The notes under the pieces are model-generated. The model was not told the DNA's origin and made no database searches. It saw only the letters and a list, made by a program, of their open reading frames with translations. The translations under genes were made by a program, and so were the position numbers. 64,000 nt of DNA from an uncultured delta proteobacterium (GTDB taxonomy: Bacteria > Myxococcota_A > Polyangia > Haliangiales > Haliangiaceae), in contig CAWKDB010000002.1 in NCBI GenBank assembly GCA_963848295.1, positions 704,001 through 768,000 on the forward strand, in the 5' to 3' direction. Positions 39,957 to 50,072 of this stretch are shown here, piece after piece (positions within the stretch are counted from its first letter, which is position 1; each line of letters starts with the position of its first letter).

Positions 39957-42836
39957 CTAGCTGTACGCCTCGATCGGCGGGCACGCGCACACGAGGTTGC
40001 GATCGCCGTAGGCGTTGTCGACGCGCGCGACCGGCGGCCAGTACTTGTGGACGCGCAGCCACGGCGCGGTCGACGGAAACGCCGCCTGCTCGCGGGTGTA
40101 CGGGTGGTTCCATTCGGTCGCCGAGATCTCCGCGGCGGTGTGCGGCGCGTTCTTCAGCGGGTTGTTCGCGCGATCGATCTGGCCGTGCTCGATCGCGGCG
40201 ATCTCGTGGCGGATCGCGATCATCGCCTCGCAGAACCGGTCGAGCTCGGCCTTGCTCTCGCTCTCGGTCGGCTCCACCATCAGCGTGCCCGGCACCGGGA
40301 ACGACATCGTCGGCGCGTGGAACCCGTAGTCCATCAGCCGCTTCGCGATGTCCTCGACCTCGATCCCGGTCGCCTTCTTGAAGCCGCGGCAGTCGAGGAT
40401 CAGCTCGTGCGCGACTCGCCCGTTCTGCCCGGTGTACAGCACCGGATAGTGCGCGCCGAGGCGATGCGCGATGTAGTTCGCGCCGAGGATCGCGACCTGG
40501 GTCGCGCGCTTGAGCCCGCCCTCGCCCATCATCGCGATGTACGCGAACGAGATCGGCAGGATCGACGCCGAGCCCCACGGCGCCGCCGACACCGGACCGA
40601 CCGGCTGGGTGCTCGCCGCGGCGAGCGGATGGCCCGGCAGGTACGGCGCGAGGTGCTTGGCGACCGCGATCGGGCCCATGCCGGGACCGCCGCCGCCGTG
40701 GGGAATGCAGAACGTCTTGTGGAGGTTCAAATGACAGACATCCGCGCCGATCTCGCCCGGGCGGGTGAGCCCGACCTGCGCGTTCATGTTCGCGCCGTCC
40801 ATGTAGACCTGGCCGCCGTGGGTGTGGACGATCGCGCAGACCTCGCGGATGCCGTCTTCGAACACGCCGTGGGTCGACGGGTACGTCACCATCAACGCGC
40901 CCAGCTTGTCGCTGTTCGCTTCGGCTTTCGCGCGCAGGTCGTTCAGGTCGATCGTGCCGTCGGCCGCCGACGCGACGACGACGACCTGCATGCCGGCCAT
41001 CACCGCCGACGCCGGGTTCGTGCCGTGCGCGCTCTGCGGGATCAGGCACACCGTGCGATGCGGCTCCTTGCGCGCGACGTGGTACGCGCGGATCGCGAGC
41101 AGGCCGGCGTATTCGCCTTGCGCGCCCGAGTTCGGTTGCAGCGAGACCGCCGCAAAGCCGGTGATCTCGGCGAGCCACGCCTCGAGCTGATCGAACAGCG
41201 CGCGGTAGCCGCCCCATTGCGCCGCCGGCGCGAACGGATGGATCCGGCCGAGCGCGGGCCACGTCACCGGGATCATCTCGGTCGTGGCGTTGAGCTTCAT
41301 CGTGCACGAGCCGAGCGGGATCATCGAGGTCGTCAGCGACAGGTCCTTCGCCTGCAGCCGGTTGAGATAGCGCAGCATCTCGTGCTCGGCGTGATAGCGA
41401 TGGAACGTCGGATGGGTCAGGAACGGCGTCGTGCGTGCGAGCGCGGCGGGCAGCGCCGGCACATCGGTCGAGCGGATCAGATCCGCGAGCTCGAACGGCA
41501 GATCGGCGCCGGCGAACGCCTCGAGCAGGTCGTGGACGTCGGCGTGCCCGGTGGTCTCGTCGCACGAGACGCCGACACCGTCGTCGTAGCGGCGCAGGTT
41601 GATGCCGCGATCGACCGCGCGCGCGAGCACCTCGGCCTGGCGATGCGCATCCAGATCGACGCGTAACGTGTCGAAGTAGAGGCCAGCGCGGACCTTGAAG
41701 CCGAGCTTCGCGAGCCCGGCGGCGACGACCGAGGTGTAGCCGCGGGCGCGCTGCGCGATCTGCACGAGGCCCTCGGGGCCGTGATAGACCGCGTACATCG
41801 ACGCCATGATCGCGAGCAACACCTGCGCGGTGCAGATGTTCGACGTCGCCTTCTCGCGGCGGATGTGTTGCTCGCGGGTCTGCAGCGCGAGCCGAAGCGC
41901 GGGCTTGCCCTTGGCGTCGCGCGACACGCCGATGATCCGGCCCGGCATCTGCCGGCGGAAGTCGTCCTTCGCGGACAAGAACGCCGCGTGCGGACCGCCG
42001 AACCCGAGCGGCACGCCGAACCGTTGGGTCGAGCCGATCGCGATGTCGGCGCCTAGCTCGCCGGGCGGCACGAGCACGGTGAGCGCGAGCAGATCGGTCG
42101 CGACGCACGCCGCGGCGCCGGCGGCGTGGATCTTCTCGATCAACGCGCGGTAGTCGTGCACCGTACCGTCGGTCGTCGGGTACGACAGCAACACGCCCGC
42201 GACCTCGGGCGCGAGCCCCGCGGTGATCTGCTCGATCGATCCGACGCGCAGCTCGATGCCGAGCGGCTCGGCGCGCGTGCGCATCACCGCGATCGTCTGC
42301 GGATGGGTCTCGGCTTGGACCCAGAACGCGGTGCGGTTGTGATCCTCGGCGAAGCACATGTGCATCGCCTCGGCGGCCGCGGTCGCCTCGTCGAGCAGCG
42401 ACGCGTTCGCCATCGGCAGCGCGGTCAGATCCTCGATCATCGTCTGGAAGTTGATCAGCGCCTCGAGCCGGCCCTGCGAGATCTCGGCCTGATACGGCGT
42501 GTATTGCGTGTACCAGCCGGGGTTCTCGAGCACGTTGCGCAAGATCACCGCGGGGGTGATCGTGTCGTAGTAGCCCTGGCCGATGAACGACCGCAGCACC
42601 TGGTTGTCGGCGGCGAGGTTCTCGAGCTCTTCGATCAGCTCGCGCTCGCCGAGCGGCAACCGTTCGCCGAGCTGCAGCGGTTTCGCCAGCCGGATCGCGG
42701 CGGGCACGGTGGCATCGGCGAGCGCGTCGAGTGACGCGTAGCCGAGCGTGGTGAGCATGTCTTTGACCTCGGAGTCCGTCGGTGCGATGTGGCGCCGGGC
42801 GAACGTATCCGATGGGGCGAGCACGTCGGGTTGCAC
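39957..42836 (-). CDS. gcvP: Glycine dehydrogenase (decarboxylating), P protein
   Basis: [59 protein letters not shown]. Confidence 0.98.
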   Translation of the reverse strand: MQPDVLAPSDTFARRHIAPTDSEVKDMLTTLGYASLDALADATVPAAIRLAKPLQLGERLPLGERELIEELENLAADNQVLRSFIGQGYYDTITPAVILRNVLENPGWYTQYTPYQAEISQGRLEALINFQTMIEDLTALPMANASLLDEATAAAEAMHMCFAEDHNRTAFWVQAETHPQTIAVMRTRAEPLGIELRVGSIEQITAGLAPEVAGVLLSYPTTDGTVHDYRALIEKIHAAGAAACVATDLLALTVLVPPGELGADIAIGSTQRFGVPLGFGGPHAAFLSAKDDFRRQMPGRIIGVSRDAKGKPALRLALQTREQHIRREKATSNICTAQVLLAIMASMYAVYHGPEGLVQIAQRARGYTSVVAAGLAKLGFKVRAGLYFDTLRVDLDAHRQAEVLARAVDRGINLRRYDDGVGVSCDETTGHADVHDLLEAFAGADLPFELADLIRSTDVPALPAALARTTPFLTHPTFHRYHAEHEMLRYLNRLQAKDLSLTTSMIPLGSCTMKLNATTEMIPVTWPALGRIHPFAPAAQWGGYRALFDQLEAWLAEITGFAAVSLQPNSGAQGEYAGLLAIRAYHVARKEPHRTVCLIPQSAHGTNPASAVMAGMQVVVVASAADGTIDLNDLRAKAEANSDKLGALMVTYPSTHGVFEDGIREVCAIVHTHGGQVYMDGANMNAQVGLTRPGEIGADVCHLNLHKTFCIPHGGGGPGMGPIAVAKHLAPYLPGHPLAAASTQPVGPVSAAPWGSASILPISFAYIAMMGEGGLKRATQVAILGANYIAHRLGAHYPVLYTGQNGRVAHELILDCRGFKKATGIEVEDIAKRLMDYGFHAPTMSFPVPGTLMVEPTESESKAELDRFCEAMIAIRHEIAAIEHGQIDRANNPLKNAPHTAAEISATEWNHPYTREQAAFPSTAPWLRVHKYWPPVARVDNAYGDRNLVCACPPIEAYS

Positions 42837-42927
42837 GCGCGGACCCTACCATGCGAGCCGCCCGACGTTGACGCTAGGCCGCTACGCGGCACAAGGAGGA
42901 TCCCCAAGCGCTTCGCGCTTGACCCTC

Positions 42928-44640
42928 CTAGTAGATCACGCCGAGCGACAGATACCCCCCGTAGTACTTGTCGGTCGCGCCGCCGACGTCTTTCATCGTC
43001 GGGTCGCCGGTCCCACCGTTCGACAACGCGCCGGTCCCCTTGAACGCCATCCCGACCTGCGTGTACTGGCCGGCGAGCCGGACCGCGAACCGCTTCATGA
43101 ACGTGATGTCCAAGCCGAGGTAGCCGTCGATCGCGGTCACAGTCGTCTGACCGTATTGGTCGGGGTCCTGGATCGGGCCGGCGGAGCGCGCGAGCCACGT
43201 CTTGACGCCGACGACGAGCGCGATCGGGCGCGCGAACGGGATGCGAGCGTCGAGCGCCGGGTAGAAGTACTTGTAGTTGACGTCCGGGAGGTTCAGCGTC
43301 TCGCCGGTCATCAGCTTCGACCGGTCCGAAGCGAACTCGCGGCTGCCGTAGCCGAGGCCGAGCTGGATGGATGGGCTCGTCACCTTCGGACCGAGCACGT
43401 AGCGGTACACGAGCGCGATCGCGTAGTCGTGCTGCGTGACCGGCAGCAGCGAGGTCGAGCCGGCGGACGGTCGGAGCTTCAAGCCGACGGTGTCGTCGAA
43501 CTCCCCGGCGATGCCGATGCCCGCGGCCGCGCCCTTGCGGTTGCTGAACGCGAGCGGGAACACCTCGCCGGTCACCATCGCGCCGGCGTTCGGAGAGTTC
43601 TTGTACGGCTCGGGCATGTCGACCGCGGTCGGGCTCGCGTTGTAGGTCAAGTGACGAGCGAGCATCGACAGGCCGACGTCGAGCCGCGCGGCATCGCGGT
43701 TCGCGGGGTGCGCGACCGCCGCGCCATCGCCGACATCGACGTGTGCGGAGACATCGCCGCCGCCGGAGTCGTCGTCGCCCTCCGCGACCTTCTTGTGGTG
43801 CGCCTTGGCGTCGTCGTCGCTCTTCTTCTTCGAGTGGTCGTCGTCGCCCGAATCGTCGTCGCCGCCCTTCTTCTTGTCGTCTCCGTCGCCCTTGTCGGCC
43901 TTCGCGTCGTCGTCGTCGGTCAGCCGCTTCTTTTTCTTCTTGTCGGCCTTCGCGTCGCTGTCGTCATCGCCGCTGTCATCATCCGCGGACTTCTTGCCCT
44001 TCTTCTTTTTCGAGGCGTCGTCGTCGCCGTTGTCGTCGTCCGCCGACTTCCTGCCCTTCTTCTTGTCCGCCTTCGCGACCTTCTTCGACCCGTCGTCGTC
44101 GGCATTGTCGTCGTCCGCCGACTTCTTGCCCTTCTTCTTGTCCGCCTTCGCGTCCTTGTCGTCCTTCTTCGCCGAGTCGTCGTCGGCGTCGGATGACGAG
44201 ACCCCGAGCTTCTCGACGATCTTGTCGTGGATCGCGACCTTGAGCTTCGCGTTCCTCGCGCTCGCGAACTCGATCTTGAAACCCTTGAGCTTCTTGCCGT
44301 GCGCGAACAGCTTGATGTGGAGGACGTGGTCCTCGCCTTTCGGCGACACGACGCGGCCCTGGATCACGGCATCGGCCTCGAGATCGGACGACAGCTTCTT
44401 TAGATCCCGGAGCGAGAGCTCGCCATCCGCGCCGATCTTGTCGACCGCGCGATGGACTTCCTTCGCGCTGATGAACGTCAGCTCGGAACCGAGCGCGTGG
44501 ACGATGAGCTCGTGAATGGCACCGTTGTCATCTCCGTCGAGCTCGAGGAATGCCACTCGCGGTGGCTTGGCCTGCGCGGCGCTGGGGATGATCACCAACG
44601 CGCACAGAACTGCGATCGCGATCGCTACAGTTCGGCCCAT
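42928..44640 (-). CDS. Secreted/outer-membrane hypothetical protein with Asp/Lys-rich repeat linker and C-terminal beta-barrel-like domain
   Basis: Signal peptide, AKADKKKG(K/R)KSADDD repeats, amphipathic strands ending YLSLGVIY. Confidence 0.7.
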   Translation of the reverse strand: MGRTVAIAIAVLCALVIIPSAAQAKPPRVAFLELDGDDNGAIHELIVHALGSELTFISAKEVHRAVDKIGADGELSLRDLKKLSSDLEADAVIQGRVVSPKGEDHVLHIKLFAHGKKLKGFKIEFASARNAKLKVAIHDKIVEKLGVSSSDADDDSAKKDDKDAKADKKKGKKSADDDNADDDGSKKVAKADKKKGRKSADDDNGDDDASKKKKGKKSADDDSGDDDSDAKADKKKKKRLTDDDDAKADKGDGDDKKKGGDDDSGDDDHSKKKSDDDAKAHHKKVAEGDDDSGGGDVSAHVDVGDGAAVAHPANRDAARLDVGLSMLARHLTYNASPTAVDMPEPYKNSPNAGAMVTGEVFPLAFSNRKGAAAGIGIAGEFDDTVGLKLRPSAGSTSLLPVTQHDYAIALVYRYVLGPKVTSPSIQLGLGYGSREFASDRSKLMTGETLNLPDVNYKYFYPALDARIPFARPIALVVGVKTWLARSAGPIQDPDQYGQTTVTAIDGYLGLDITFMKRFAVRLAGQYTQVGMAFKGTGALSNGGTGDPTMKDVGGATDKYYGGYLSLGVIY

Positions 44641-44670
44641 CCCCTGTAAGTATACACGACGATCACAAAG

Positions 44671-45990
44671 CTACAGGTCGAACAGGTAGAAGTAGGCTCG
44701 CAGGTTTGCATTGGCCAGCGGCTTCTTGATTCGCGGCCGGCCGAGCACGCGCGCGAATGCGGCCTCGAGCAGCGGATTGCCCACGAGAAATCCTGCGCGC
44801 CAGCCGACAAATCGCCGGCACGTGACGGCCAACGCCTCGTAGATCGGCTCGACCTCCGTGTCGTCGAGGCGCTCGCCGTACGGCGGGTTCGACAGGATGA
44901 GGCCGGTGGTCGGCGCCGCGCGTCCGCGCTCCGCCGCGATCTGGTCGATCATCTTCGGCGTGAGCTGCGCGACGTCACCGCGTTGCCACGTCACCGCATC
45001 GGCGACGCCGGCCGAGCGCGAGTTGTCACGTGCCGCGGCGAGCGCATCGAGATCGAGATCGCAGCCAACGACGAGCGGTGCAGCATCGGGATAGAGCGGC
45101 GCGGGTTTGGCTGCGCTCGCGTAACCGAGCGCGTGCGGCGGTGGCCATGGCCGAGGCGGCGCTTTCGCAGCGAGCACCGCCTCGATCGCGATCGTGCCGG
45201 CACCGCACATCGGATCGACGAGCGCGTCCTTGCGCGGGTCGAAGCGCGCGAGCATGAGCAACACCGCCGCGAGATGCTCGCGCAACGGCGCCGGGCCGGC
45301 CTCGCCGCGCCAGCCGCGTTGCGACAGCGAGCCGCCGCCGAGGTCAAGCGAGATCACGAGCTCGTTGTGGGCGTCGCCGCCGCTGCCGCCCGAGGGCGTG
45401 CCTCGGCCGTCGATCGAACCGCGCCGCCCTTCGGCGCCGCTGCCGCCCGAGGGCGTGCCTCGGCCGTCGATCGAACCGCGCCGCCCTTCGGCGCCGCTGC
45501 CGCCCGAGGGCGTGCCTCGGCCGTCGAACCGGGCGACCCAGCGCGACGCCGGGCGATGCGGATCGACCTTGAGCCGAATGCCCTTGCGCGCGGCCGCGTC
45601 GATCATCGCGTTCTTGACCGTGCCGACGACCTGGCGCTCGCCGGCCTCGAACTGCTCGACGTGGCGCGCCTCGACCGAGATGCCATCGCCATCGCGCCAC
45701 AGCGCGCGCGTGTCGCCGGCAATATCGGCGTACAGCTCGTCGTACAGCGGCTCGAGCCGGCGCGCGCGCGTGCGATAGACGTCCCACACGACTCGGGTCG
45801 GCGTGCGCAGGTACGTGACCGCGGCCCATGCGAGCTCGCGATCGAATGGATAGACGAGCTGACCGAGCCCTTCTTTGCGCGGCTCGGGGGGGCGGCGATG
45901 AAGCGCGCGCTGCGCGACGCGGACGAACTCGGCAGCCATCACGACGTTAGTCTGCGTCGAGCCGATGATGCGAAGCTCGTCGCAGATCAC
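44671..45990 (-). CDS. THUMP-domain RNA methyltransferase (RlmL/UPF0020-like)
   Basis: GSLSQRGWR, APLREHLAA, DPMCGAGTIAIE, NPPYGERL; GTG start overlaps upstream stop. Confidence 0.88.
   Translation of the reverse strand: MICDELRIIGSTQTNVVMAAEFVRVAQRALHRRPPEPRKEGLGQLVYPFDRELAWAAVTYLRTPTRVVWDVYRTRARRLEPLYDELYADIAGDTRALWRDGDGISVEARHVEQFEAGERQVVGTVKNAMIDAAARKGIRLKVDPHRPASRWVARFDGRGTPSGGSGAEGRRGSIDGRGTPSGGSGAEGRRGSIDGRGTPSGGSGGDAHNELVISLDLGGGSLSQRGWRGEAGPAPLREHLAAVLLMLARFDPRKDALVDPMCGAGTIAIEAVLAAKAPPRPWPPPHALGYASAAKPAPLYPDAAPLVVGCDLDLDALAAARDNSRSAGVADAVTWQRGDVAQLTPKMIDQIAAERGRAAPTTGLILSNPPYGERLDDTEVEPIYEALAVTCRRFVGWRAGFLVGNPLLEAAFARVLGRPRIKKPLANANLRAYFYLFDL
45378..45527 (+). repeat. Perfect 57-bp tandem repeat (2.6 copies) in frame inside the methyltransferase
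   Basis: Unit cgccgctgccgcccgagggcgtgcctcggccgtcgatcgaaccgcgccgcccttcgg; peptide DGRGTPSGGSGAEGRRGSI. Confidence 0.95.
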
Positions 45991-46916
45991 GGCGGGCCGT
46001 TGAGCGCCGCGAGCAGGCCCGCGTCGGCAAAGAACCTCTTGTGCAAGTAGTAGCCGCGCTGGTCGGTGCCGGCCGGGCCCTTCGGCCGAACGTGCAAGTA
46101 ACGGCGAGTCCAGCGCGCCACCGCATCGTCCCAGTCGAGCAGGTACCAGGCGACGAGCGTCGCGTCGTCGCCGGTCGTCGTGCGGGCGAGCCACAACGTG
46201 CGTTGCAACTTCGCGAGCGCGGCTCCTTCGCCGACCATCGCGATCGCGGGATCCTCGACGATCCGCCAGTGACCGCTCGGCTCGCGCGCGACCGCGACCG
46301 TCTTGAGCTCGACATCGCCGCGCCAATCGGGCTCGCCGCGGCCGCGCTCGCGCACGCCGAGCAACCGCGCCGCGCGACTGCCCCACGCGCCCTTGTCGCT
46401 GCCACGCGGGCCGAGTCGAACGCCGAGCGCGCGATCGGCCGCGGCGAGCAGCTCGTCGAGTGTCTCCGGCTCGTCGGTCGGCGGCCGTGGTGATCGCGCG
46501 GCGGGCACGGGCCGCGGCCACGCTTCGGCCGGCGGATGGGCGCCGCGAGCCGGGCCTTGGACGACGAGATGACCGCCGAGCACGATCGGCCGCGGCTGCA
46601 CGGCCGCGGCGATTTCAGCACCGCCGGCTTCGAGCGCGGCGCCCTTGTGCCACAGCGCGAGCCGGAGCTCGGGTGATCGGCCGCGCGGCACGCCGAGTGC
46701 GTGCCCGACCGCGGCGAGCTCGCCAAGGGTCATCGCGTTGAGCAGGCCGCATAGATCGCCGCCCCAGCGAGCGCCGACGAGAGCCGTCGCTTCGTCGACA
46801 TCGAGTCGCCGCCGGGTCGCCGGCTCGAACGAATCGAACCGCAGCACGCGCACCGCGGCGAGCCGACGGACCGCCGCGGCCGGCAACCGCGCGACGAAGC
46901 GATCCACCGCGTTCAT
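45987..46916 (-). CDS. MutH/Sau3AI-like PD-(D/E)xK endonuclease with N-terminal extension
   Basis: DKGAWG...LLG...EPD..DVELKTV, LHVRPKG...RGYYLHKRF resemble MutH blocks. Confidence 0.72.
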   Translation of the reverse strand: MNAVDRFVARLPAAAVRRLAAVRVLRFDSFEPATRRRLDVDEATALVGARWGGDLCGLLNAMTLGELAAVGHALGVPRGRSPELRLALWHKGAALEAGGAEIAAAVQPRPIVLGGHLVVQGPARGAHPPAEAWPRPVPAARSPRPPTDEPETLDELLAAADRALGVRLGPRGSDKGAWGSRAARLLGVRERGRGEPDWRGDVELKTVAVAREPSGHWRIVEDPAIAMVGEGAALAKLQRTLWLARTTTGDDATLVAWYLLDWDDAVARWTRRYLHVRPKGPAGTDQRGYYLHKRFFADAGLLAALNGPP

Positions 46917-46938
46917 TCCGCCGACCCTAGACGATCCG

Positions 46939-47042
46939 GGGGACGCTGTCGCTTTTGTCAACTTGCTCGCGACCGCGTCCATGCGAGTGCTTGGTGATCG
47001 TTCATGATTCGTGGGGACGCTGTCGCTTTTGTCAACTTGCTC
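46939..47042 (+). repeat. Left doublet of the 28-30-bp repeat GGGGACGCTGTCGCTTTTGTCAACTTGCTC
   Basis: Identical copies at 46939-46968 and 47013-47042 (period 74). Confidence 0.95.
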
Positions 47043-47056
47043 CGGTAGCGTCAGGT

Positions 47057-47542
47057 ATGCGCGGGGTGCTCGTTGCGATGGCGCTGTCGGCATGCGCGCC
47101 GACGGTCGATGGCCCGGCCGAGCACCAACGCGCGCTCGATCGCGACGATGCGGCAGCCCTCTCGAGCCAGCTCGCGGCATTGCCGGGCGCCGTCCGGGCC
47201 GAGGTCACGTTGCATCGAGCGGTGCGCGATCCGCTCGCGAACGAGCCGCCGTCGCCGGCGGGCGCCGCCGCGGTCGTCATCGTCGACGACCAAGCCGATC
47301 GCGCCGCGGTACGCGATTCGGCATTGCGGCTGGTCCACGCTGCGGTGCCCGAGGTCCCCGCGCCGTCGATCGCGATCGAGCTCGGCGCGACTCGGCCAGA
47401 GCTCGCATCGATCGGGCCGTTCACCGTCGCCGCCTCCTCGAAGCGCGGGCTCGTCGCGGCCCTCGCGATCGCGCTCGCCGTGATCGCTGCGCTCGCCGGT
47501 TTCATCGCGTTCCGCGAACGCCCTCGCTTTGGCGCAAGTTGA
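47057..47542 (+). CDS. Orphan SctJ/YscJ/FliF-like ring-building-motif lipoprotein
   Basis: Lipobox LSAC; LSSQLAALPGAVRAEVTL...AAAVVIV...LVHAAVP; C-terminal TM with basic tail. Confidence 0.6.
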   Translation: MRGVLVAMALSACAPTVDGPAEHQRALDRDDAAALSSQLAALPGAVRAEVTLHRAVRDPLANEPPSPAGAAAVVIVDDQADRAAVRDSALRLVHAAVPEVPAPSIAIELGATRPELASIGPFTVAASSKRGLVAALAIALAVIAALAGFIAFRERPRFGAS

Positions 47543-47636
47543 CAAAAGCGACAGCGTCACCATTGCTTCTCGTCGGATATCGCGGCCTTGCGCTCATCGC
47601 GAAAAAGCGTAAGTTGACAAAAGCGACAGCGTCACC
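47534..47636 (-). repeat. Right, inverted doublet of the same repeat
   Basis: G(C/T)AAGTTGACAAAAGCGACAGCGTCACC at 47534-47561 and 47609-47636 (period 75). Confidence 0.95.
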
Positions 47637-48696
47637 TTCGCGGGAAGACGGCCCAGAAGTCGAGTTCTAGGACGATGCGCGGCTCTTTCGCTCCGGTGTG
47701 CAGCGGCTGGATCGACGCTAGCTCGGCGGCTGGAACGTTCCGAACGGCCGACAGCCGCAGGCGCAGCGCGCCGACGTCGGCGCGGGTCGGTAGCTCGGCC
47801 TTCGATACGACTTCGCTGAATGCGCGCAGGGTGTCGCCCGCGAAGGTCGGCGCGACGTGAGCGCCACTGTTCCATGCCGCGAGCCGGAGCAGCGCGCCGA
47901 GACCGTTCTGCGCGAGCGCACTCGCGACGCTGATGACGTGGCCGCCGTAGACGATGCGCTTGCCGTTGCGCGAGCTCGCCGCAGCGATCGCGTCGAAATG
48001 GACTTGCGCGGTGTTGTGGTACAGCCGCGTCGCCTGGACGTGATCGGCTTCTTCGATCGTCATCGCGTCGGGATGATCGAGCCGGTCGCCCTCGTCGAAG
48101 TCGTCCCACCATCCACCCGGCGGAAACGCCCACGCGAGGTCGGGCAACCGCTGCAGGTTCATCGCCTCCGGCACCGGCAGTCGATCGACGGTCACGACCG
48201 GCGGGAGCGTCGGGGTCTGGTCGATGCCGACCGCGGCGGTCTTGTCACGCTTCGGCACCATGACCCAGCGCACGAAGGACAGGACCTCCTGACCCTTCTG
48301 GTTGGTCCCGCGCGTGCGCACGTAGACCACACCGGCTTCGCCGCTCGAGACTTCGCGCAGCCCGATAATTTCGCTCTCGGCGACGAGCGTGTCGCCGGGA
48401 TAGACCGGCCGCAGGAACCGCACGTCGGCGTAGCCGAGGTTCGCGGTCGCGTGGTGCGAGATGTCCGGCACCGAGCGGCCGAACACGATGTGGAACACGA
48501 ACAGATCCGGCATCACCTCGCGCACGAATCCGAGCGAGCGCGCGAGCTCGGTCGACGCCGCGAGCGGATGGCGATCACCGGTGAGCGAGAAGTAGGTCGA
48601 CAGATCGCCGCCGTGCAGCGTGCGCGGCACCGCGTGGACGAGGTACTGCCCGATCGAGAAGTCCTCGAAGTACCGACCGCTGAAAACCTTCGTCAT
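47632..48696 (-). CDS. Double-hotdog MaoC dehydratase, mesaconyl-CoA hydratase-like
   Basis: GRYFEDF...PRT, FHIVFGRSVPDIS..ATANLGYA, LYHNTAQVHFD, VYGGHVIS. Confidence 0.85.
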   Translation of the reverse strand: MTKVFSGRYFEDFSIGQYLVHAVPRTLHGGDLSTYFSLTGDRHPLAASTELARSLGFVREVMPDLFVFHIVFGRSVPDISHHATANLGYADVRFLRPVYPGDTLVAESEIIGLREVSSGEAGVVYVRTRGTNQKGQEVLSFVRWVMVPKRDKTAAVGIDQTPTLPPVVTVDRLPVPEAMNLQRLPDLAWAFPPGGWWDDFDEGDRLDHPDAMTIEEADHVQATRLYHNTAQVHFDAIAAASSRNGKRIVYGGHVISVASALAQNGLGALLRLAAWNSGAHVAPTFAGDTLRAFSEVVSKAELPTRADVGALRLRLSAVRNVPAAELASIQPLHTGAKEPRIVLELDFWAVFPRR

Positions 48697-48762
48697 GGCG
48701 AACGGTCGGCGACACTACCCGGAGAAGATCCCCGAGACAAGTGCGCTCGGCGATGCGCCTCG

Positions 48763-50064
48763 CTACTCGGTCAGCAGGTAGGAGTAGTTGAACGACTGCG
48801 GTCCGCCGTCCCACGGCGGGAACGACGCGCCCTTGACCGCGTTCTGCACGCAGTTGCCTTCGGGCTTGCCCGCGAACGCGCCGGTGACCGCCGCGCGCGC
48901 GACCTTCCCCGACGGCGAGATCGTGAGCTTCACGCTGACCGTGCCTTGCGTGCCCTTGTAGCAAGCCTGCGCCTTCGCGGCGACGCCCGCCATCCCGCCC
49001 TTGAAGTCGTCGCCCGACAGCATCTTGTTGGCCGGCTTGGTCGCCTCGACCTGCTTCGGCCGGTTCGCGGCCTGCGTCAACAGCTCTTCGATCTCGTCCT
49101 TCGGCTTCTTCGCATCGGCATCGGCGGGTGGCGTCGCCGGAGCCGCGACCGCTGCGCCGCCAGTCGGCGCTGCCGAGGTCTTGTCGCCCTTCGGTGCGAC
49201 CTTGCCGACCGTGGCCTTCGCGTGCGCGCGACCGGGCGACGCGTGCGCGGTGCGCGGTGGTGGCGTGATAGTCGCGACCTCGGTCTCCGCCACCGGCGTG
49301 GCGTCCGCGCCTGCAGCGGCGGAACCCGAGCCTGCCGCTGCGCCGCTGGCCGGTTGCTCGGGCGCGATCGGTTCGACGCGCGGAGCCGCGGCACTGCCGG
49401 CGGCGGCGGGAGGAGCCATGGGCGTTGGCGCGGCCTCGTTCACGATGGTCGTGGTCGAGGTCGCGACGTCCTGCGTTGCGGGCTGGCGCGTCGCGAAGAA
49501 GATCACCGCACCCGCGGCGACCGCGAGCCCGCTGCCGACCACGGCGATCATGGCGCGGTTGCCGCGGCGCGCCTTGACGACCGGACGCGTACCTTGGGCG
49601 CTCGGCTTCGGCGCCGCGACCGGCGCGGGCGCAATGACGCCGCGCTCTTTCGCGAGCACCTCGCGCTTCGACGGCAGTTGATCGAGCGCCGGCAACGACA
49701 CCATCTGCGCGGGCTCGGGAAGCGCGACCGCTTTCCAACCGGCCGACGTCGATGCCAGGATATCTTCGTCGGTCTTGTTCGCCGGCTGGGCCGTGATCCG
49801 GCGGGATGACATCCGCACCTTCGTCGACTGGGCGAGGCTGCGCAGATCGTGCAACCCGGAGTCGTCATCGCGCAGTGGCGCCGCGGACGCGATCGCGCCG
49901 CTCGACTCTTTAACCGTGCCCTTACCCGACGATGCGGTGGTCTCCATGCTGGTCTCCAGACGCGAAAGCGTCCTTTGCGGAAGGGCATCGAAATACCCTG
50001 ACGGCGCCTCACCGTCCAGGGTTTTCAGCGCTCGGCGCAGCAGGTCGTCTAGGTCGTCTGACAT
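48763..50064 (-). CDS. Membrane protein with Pro/Ala linker and TonB/AgmX-like C-terminal domain; probable anti-sigma partner
   Basis: Follows the ECF sigma gene; single TM; ACY..GTVSVKLTISPSGKV....NCV..AVK..SFP. Confidence 0.7.
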   Translation of the reverse strand: MSDDLDDLLRRALKTLDGEAPSGYFDALPQRTLSRLETSMETTASSGKGTVKESSGAIASAAPLRDDDSGLHDLRSLAQSTKVRMSSRRITAQPANKTDEDILASTSAGWKAVALPEPAQMVSLPALDQLPSKREVLAKERGVIAPAPVAAPKPSAQGTRPVVKARRGNRAMIAVVGSGLAVAAGAVIFFATRQPATQDVATSTTTIVNEAAPTPMAPPAAAGSAAAPRVEPIAPEQPASGAAAGSGSAAAGADATPVAETEVATITPPPRTAHASPGRAHAKATVGKVAPKGDKTSAAPTGGAAVAAPATPPADADAKKPKDEIEELLTQAANRPKQVEATKPANKMLSGDDFKGGMAGVAAKAQACYKGTQGTVSVKLTISPSGKVARAAVTGAFAGKPEGNCVQNAVKGASFPPWDGGPQSFNYSYLLTE

Positions 50065-50072
50065 GGCAGAAT

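Noticed and set aside
46939..47636. CRISPR array (28-30-bp repeats, ~45-bp spacers)
   Set aside because: Only two copies per side, the pairs are inverted around a gene, and no cas genes are present
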